Positions 60,868 through 64,000 of a stretch of DNA of 64,000 nucleotides are shown piece by piece. The DNA is from Bacilli bacterium (GTDB lineage Bacteria; Bacillota_I; Bacilli_A; RF39; UBA660). Below the pieces are notes generated by a model. The model was not told the origin of the DNA and searched no databases. It saw nothing but the letters and a program-made list of their open reading frames with translations. The number at the start of each line of letters is the position of its first letter. Position 1 is the first letter of the stretch. The translations under genes and the position numbers were made by a program. Location: contig JAFRVB010000005.1 of NCBI GenBank assembly GCA_017441845.1, positions 22,150 through 86,149 of the forward strand. Reading direction: 5' to 3'.

Positions 60868-61030
60868 TTGACAATTAAAAGAATATATGATTAAATATTA
60901 CTTGTCGAGAAATGGAAAGAGATTTATATCCACCTGAGGTTAGATTAGACCTAGGTTAAAAGCCAATTAGAGTAATTATACTTTTTAATTTGTTTTTAAG
61001 TGGATATGAATAATATCTGCTTTTTTTGTC
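60868..61030 (+). promoter_or_regulatory. infC operon promoter and leader (L20-autoregulation-type leader with an attenuator-like hairpin and T-run)
   Basis: TTGACA-N17-TTAAAT at about 60868-60896; structured leader ending in ggatatgaataatatctgc followed by a T-run before infC. Confidence 0.5.
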
Positions 61031-61048
61031 GATATGGAGGTGTTACTT

Positions 61049-61579
61049 ATAGCAAAGAATAATGATAACATGTTGATTAATGAACAAATAAAGGTTCCAG
61101 AAGTATTAGTTATTGGACCTAATGGAGAACAAGTTGGTATTAAGAATATCGAAGATGCTTTAACTTTGTCTAAATATGCATCATTAGATTTAGTACTAAT
61201 TAGCCCTAATGGTAATCCACCTGTAGTTAAGGTTATGGATTATAATAAGTTTCGTTATGAAAAACGTAAAAAAGAAAAAGAAAATTTAAGAAAACAAAAA
61301 GCTAATAAGTCTGAACTTAAAGAGTATCGTTTATCACCTGTTATTGATGTAGGGGATTTTGAGACTAAATTACGTAATGCGACTAAGTATTTAGAAAAAG
61401 GAGACAGAATTAAATTAACTATTAGATTTAAAGGACGTCAAATGGCTCATACTGAATTAGGTAATGAAGTTTTAGAAAGATTTGCATCACGTGTTGAGGA
61501 AATTGCAGATATTGAACAAAAACCAAAATTAGATGGAAGAGTAATGACTATGTTACTTGTTCCTAAGAAAGACAAATAG
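61049..61579 (+). CDS. infC: Translation initiation factor IF-3, probably initiating at a non-canonical ATA codon
   Basis: GGAGG at 61036-61040 lies 8 nt upstream of ATA 61049; the N-terminus IAKNNDNMLINEQIKVPEV aligns with the start of Bacillus IF3; non-AUG starts are established for infC; an in-frame ATG at 61034 overlaps the SD. Confidence 0.7.
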   Translation: MAKNNDNMLINEQIKVPEVLVIGPNGEQVGIKNIEDALTLSKYASLDLVLISPNGNPPVVKVMDYNKFRYEKRKKEKENLRKQKANKSELKEYRLSPVIDVGDFETKLRNATKYLEKGDRIKLTIRFKGRQMAHTELGNEVLERFASRVEEIADIEQKPKLDGRVMTMLLVPKKDK

Positions 61580-61590
61580 GAGGAGAATGT

Positions 61591-61785
61591 ATGGCAAAGA
61601 ATAAGATTAAAACTCGTAAGAGTCTTGCGAAAGTTTTAAATAAACGTAAGAATGATTATAAGATTGGACCACATGGATTCCGTCATAATACTGGTTCTAA
61701 GAGTGGTAAATTCAATAGACAATCTAGAAAGGGATCTACTTTATCTAAGGCAGATCAAAAAAGATTTAAAAACGCTTTAAATTAA
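61591..61785 (+). CDS. rpmI: 50S ribosomal protein L35
   Basis: Basic 64-aa protein with KFNRQSRKGSTLSKADQKRFKNAL, between infC and rplT. Confidence 0.8.
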   Translation: MAKNKIKTRKSLAKVLNKRKNDYKIGPHGFRHNTGSKSGKFNRQSRKGSTLSKADQKRFKNALN

Positions 61786-61803
61786 TAAAAGGAGGAGAAA
61801 CAG

Positions 61804-62439
61804 ATGGCAAGAGTTAAGAATGGAGCAGTTACTAAAGCTCGTCATAAGAAAGTTTTAAAAGCTGCTAAAGGATATACTGGAAGTAAGCATAGATTATATA
61901 AGACAGCTAAAGAACAATTAATGAAGTCTGGTAAATATGCTTATAGAGATAGAAAGAATAGAAAAAGAGATTTCAGAAAATTATGGATTACAAGAATTAA
62001 TGCTGCTTGTAGATTAAATGATATTAGTTATTCTAAATTTATTAATGGTTTAAATAAAGCTGGAGTAGAAGTTAATAGAAAGATGTTATCTGAATTGGCT
62101 ATTAACGATGAAAAAGCATTTAAAGCATTAGTAGATATTAGTAAAAAAGGATTAGATGGAAAAGTTAAAGCTACTGAAGTAGAAGCTACTAATGAAGTAA
62201 CTATTGGTGGTAAGAAAACTACTACTAAGAAAGAAACAGTAAAAAAAGAAATAAAAGAGAAAAAAGAAACTGTTAAGAAAGAAGTAAAAGAAAAGAAAGC
62301 AGAAGTTAAAGCGAAAGTTGAAGAAAAAATTGACTATGCAAAAATGACAGTTGCTGAGTTAAAAGAGGTTGCTAAAAAGAAAAAAATCAGTGTTACTGGT
62401 TTAAAGAAAGCAGAAATAATTGCTGCATTAAAAAAATAA
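61804..62439 (+). CDS. rplT: 50S ribosomal protein L20 with a ~90-aa K/E-rich C-terminal extension
   Basis: L20 core [23 protein letters not shown]...[21 protein letters not shown]; extension ending [31 protein letters not shown]. Confidence 0.85.
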   Translation: MARVKNGAVTKARHKKVLKAAKGYTGSKHRLYKTAKEQLMKSGKYAYRDRKNRKRDFRKLWITRINAACRLNDISYSKFINGLNKAGVEVNRKMLSELAINDEKAFKALVDISKKGLDGKVKATEVEATNEVTIGGKKTTTKKETVKKEIKEKKETVKKEVKEKKAEVKAKVEEKIDYAKMTVAELKEVAKKKKISVTGLKKAEIIAALKK

Positions 62440-62526
62440 TCATATTAGTGAATTGACTAGTCTAGTGCCTTTAAGGTGATTGGTTTTAGAAACTAATAGA
62501 AGTAAAAACGAAAAGGAGAAAAAAAT

Positions 62527-63630
62527 ATGAGTATTGTATCAATGAATTATTTATTAGAAGCTGGTGTTCACTTCGGACATCAAAAGAGAAGATGGAATCC
62601 TAAGATGAAAGAGTATATTTATACTTCTAGGGATGATATCTATATTATCGATTTACAAAAAGCAGTTAAATGTTTAGAGACTGCTTATGATGCTATGAAA
62701 GAAATAGCTAGTAATGGAGGAAAAGTACTTTTTGTAGGTACTAAGAAACAAGCAGGAGAAGCTGCTAAAGAATGTGCTGAAAGAGTTGGAATGTTCTATG
62801 TTAATACTAGATGGTTAGGTGGAACTTTAACTAACTTCAGAACAATCAGAACAAGAGTTAATAGAATGACTCAAATCGAAAAACAAGAAGAGGACGGAAC
62901 TTTCGCTGCTCTTCCTAAAAAAGAAGTTATTAAAATTAAAAAGGAATATGAAAAATTAGAAAGAAACTTAAGTGGTATCCGTAATATGGAAAAATTACCT
63001 CAAGCTTTAGTTATAGTAGATCCTAAGAAGGAAGAAAATGCTATTAAAGAAGCAAGAGCTTTAGGTATTCCTGTATTTGGTGTAGTAGACACTAACTGTG
63101 ATCCTGATATGGTTGATTATGTTATTCCTGGAAATGATGATGCTGTAAGATCAGTTAAGTTATTATTAGGTGTTTTAACTAATGCAATTGCTGAAGTTAA
63201 TGGTAATGAAGTAATTGAATATGTTAATGAAGAAGATAAAGGTAAAGATACTTCTGAAGACTTTGTAGAAAAAATGGAAGAAGCTAAAGAGAAAGCAGAA
63301 GAAGTAAAAGAAAAAGTTAAGAAAACAGCAAAAAAGGTAAAAGAAAAAGTTGAAGAAGTAAAAGAAAAACCTGAAGTTAAAGAAAAAGTAGCTAAAGCTA
63401 AAGAGAAAGCAGAAGAAGTAAAAGAAAAAGCTACTAAAAAAGCAAAAGAAGTAAAAGAAAAGGTTGAAGAAAAAGTAGAGGAAAAGAAAACAACTAAAAA
63501 AGCAACTAAGAAAGAAGAGAACTTAGCAGATTTAACATTAACTGAACTAAAAGCAAAAGCTAAAGAAGCTGGACTTAAAGGTTATTCAACATTAAAGAAA
63601 GCAGACTTAGTAAAAGCATTAAGTAAATAG
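62527..63630 (+). CDS. rpsB: 30S ribosomal protein S2 with a ~110-aa K/E-rich C-terminal extension
   Basis: S2 core [19 protein letters not shown]...; extension ending [32 protein letters not shown]. Confidence 0.85.
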   Translation: MSIVSMNYLLEAGVHFGHQKRRWNPKMKEYIYTSRDDIYIIDLQKAVKCLETAYDAMKEIASNGGKVLFVGTKKQAGEAAKECAERVGMFYVNTRWLGGTLTNFRTIRTRVNRMTQIEKQEEDGTFAALPKKEVIKIKKEYEKLERNLSGIRNMEKLPQALVIVDPKKEENAIKEARALGIPVFGVVDTNCDPDMVDYVIPGNDDAVRSVKLLLGVLTNAIAEVNGNEVIEYVNEEDKGKDTSEDFVEKMEEAKEKAEEVKEKVKKTAKKVKEKVEEVKEKPEVKEKVAKAKEKAEEVKEKATKKAKEVKEKVEEKVEEKKTTKKATKKEENLADLTLTELKAKAKEAGLKGYSTLKKADLVKALSK

Positions 63631-63693
63631 GAAGTTAAATCTTCCTTTTATTTTAAAAGTAATATATAATAAAATTGTAAAAGGAGAATGAAA

Positions 63694-64000
63694 ATGATTA
63701 GTGCGAGTGATGTAAAAGAATTAAGAGAAAAAACTGGTGCAGGAATGATGGACTGCAAGAAAGCTTTAACAGAAGTTAATGGTGATATGGAAAAAGCTAT
63801 TGACTGGTTAAGAGAAAAAGGTATTGCTAAAGCTGAAAAGAAAGCATCAAGAATTGCTGCTGAAGGTTTAGCTCAAGTTAAAATAGATGGAGATAAAGCT
63901 GTTATTTTAGAAGTTAACTGTGAAACTGATTTTGTTTCTAAAAATGAAAACTTTATTGATTTCATTGATGAGTTAGCAGATGCTTTATTAAAAGAAAATC
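63694..64000 (+). CDS. tsf: Elongation factor Ts (5' portion; continues past the window end)
   Basis: [28 protein letters not shown]-like N-terminus; rpsB-tsf linkage. Confidence 0.85.
   Translation, partial: MISASDVKELREKTGAGMMDCKKALTEVNGDMEKAIDWLREKGIAKAEKKASRIAAEGLAQVKIDGDKAVILEVNCETDFVSKNENFIDFIDELADALLKEN

Overview
This is a very AT-rich (roughly 27-30% GC) chromosomal segment from a low-GC Gram-positive bacterium (Bacillota). Gene order resembles Bacillus in several blocks but carries Mollicutes/Erysipelotrichia-like K/E-rich protein extensions. Conserved housekeeping blocks are recognisable: murF-ddl; a division cluster sepF-divIVA followed by a T-box and ileS; rpoD (sigA); rpsU-yqeY; ybeY-dgkA-cdd-era-recO followed by a T-box and glyQS; and infC-rpmI-rplT-rpsB-tsf. 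There are six tRNAs (Lys on the minus strand, then Ile-Asn-Glu-Ser on the plus strand, and Arg). Between these blocks sit several accessory loci: a BspA-type leucine-rich-repeat surface protein; a thioester-domain (TQxAIW) adhesin with Cys-rich tandem repeats; a 2,551-aa GT84+GH94 protein resembling cyclic beta-1,2-glucan synthase; a 1,983-aa VWA/CnaB-repeat adhesin plus a second secreted protein and a class-B sortase, with [V/P]PxTG-type sorting signals and a duplicated promoter module; an extremely AT-rich island encoding a C39-peptidase bacteriocin-type ABC transporter; and, about 8.5 kb away, two overlapping unannotated double-glycine-leader peptides (candidate two-peptide bacteriocin) between rpoD and rpsU. 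Other features of note are a HerA-family ATPase placed between an orphan PP2C phosphatase and sepF, a MurF with an N-terminal polytopic membrane domain, a Ddl with an omega-loop insertion, and ribosomal proteins L20 and S2 that share an appended Rho_N/SAP-like C-terminal module. All calls are based on motif reading of the provided translations; no database searches were run.
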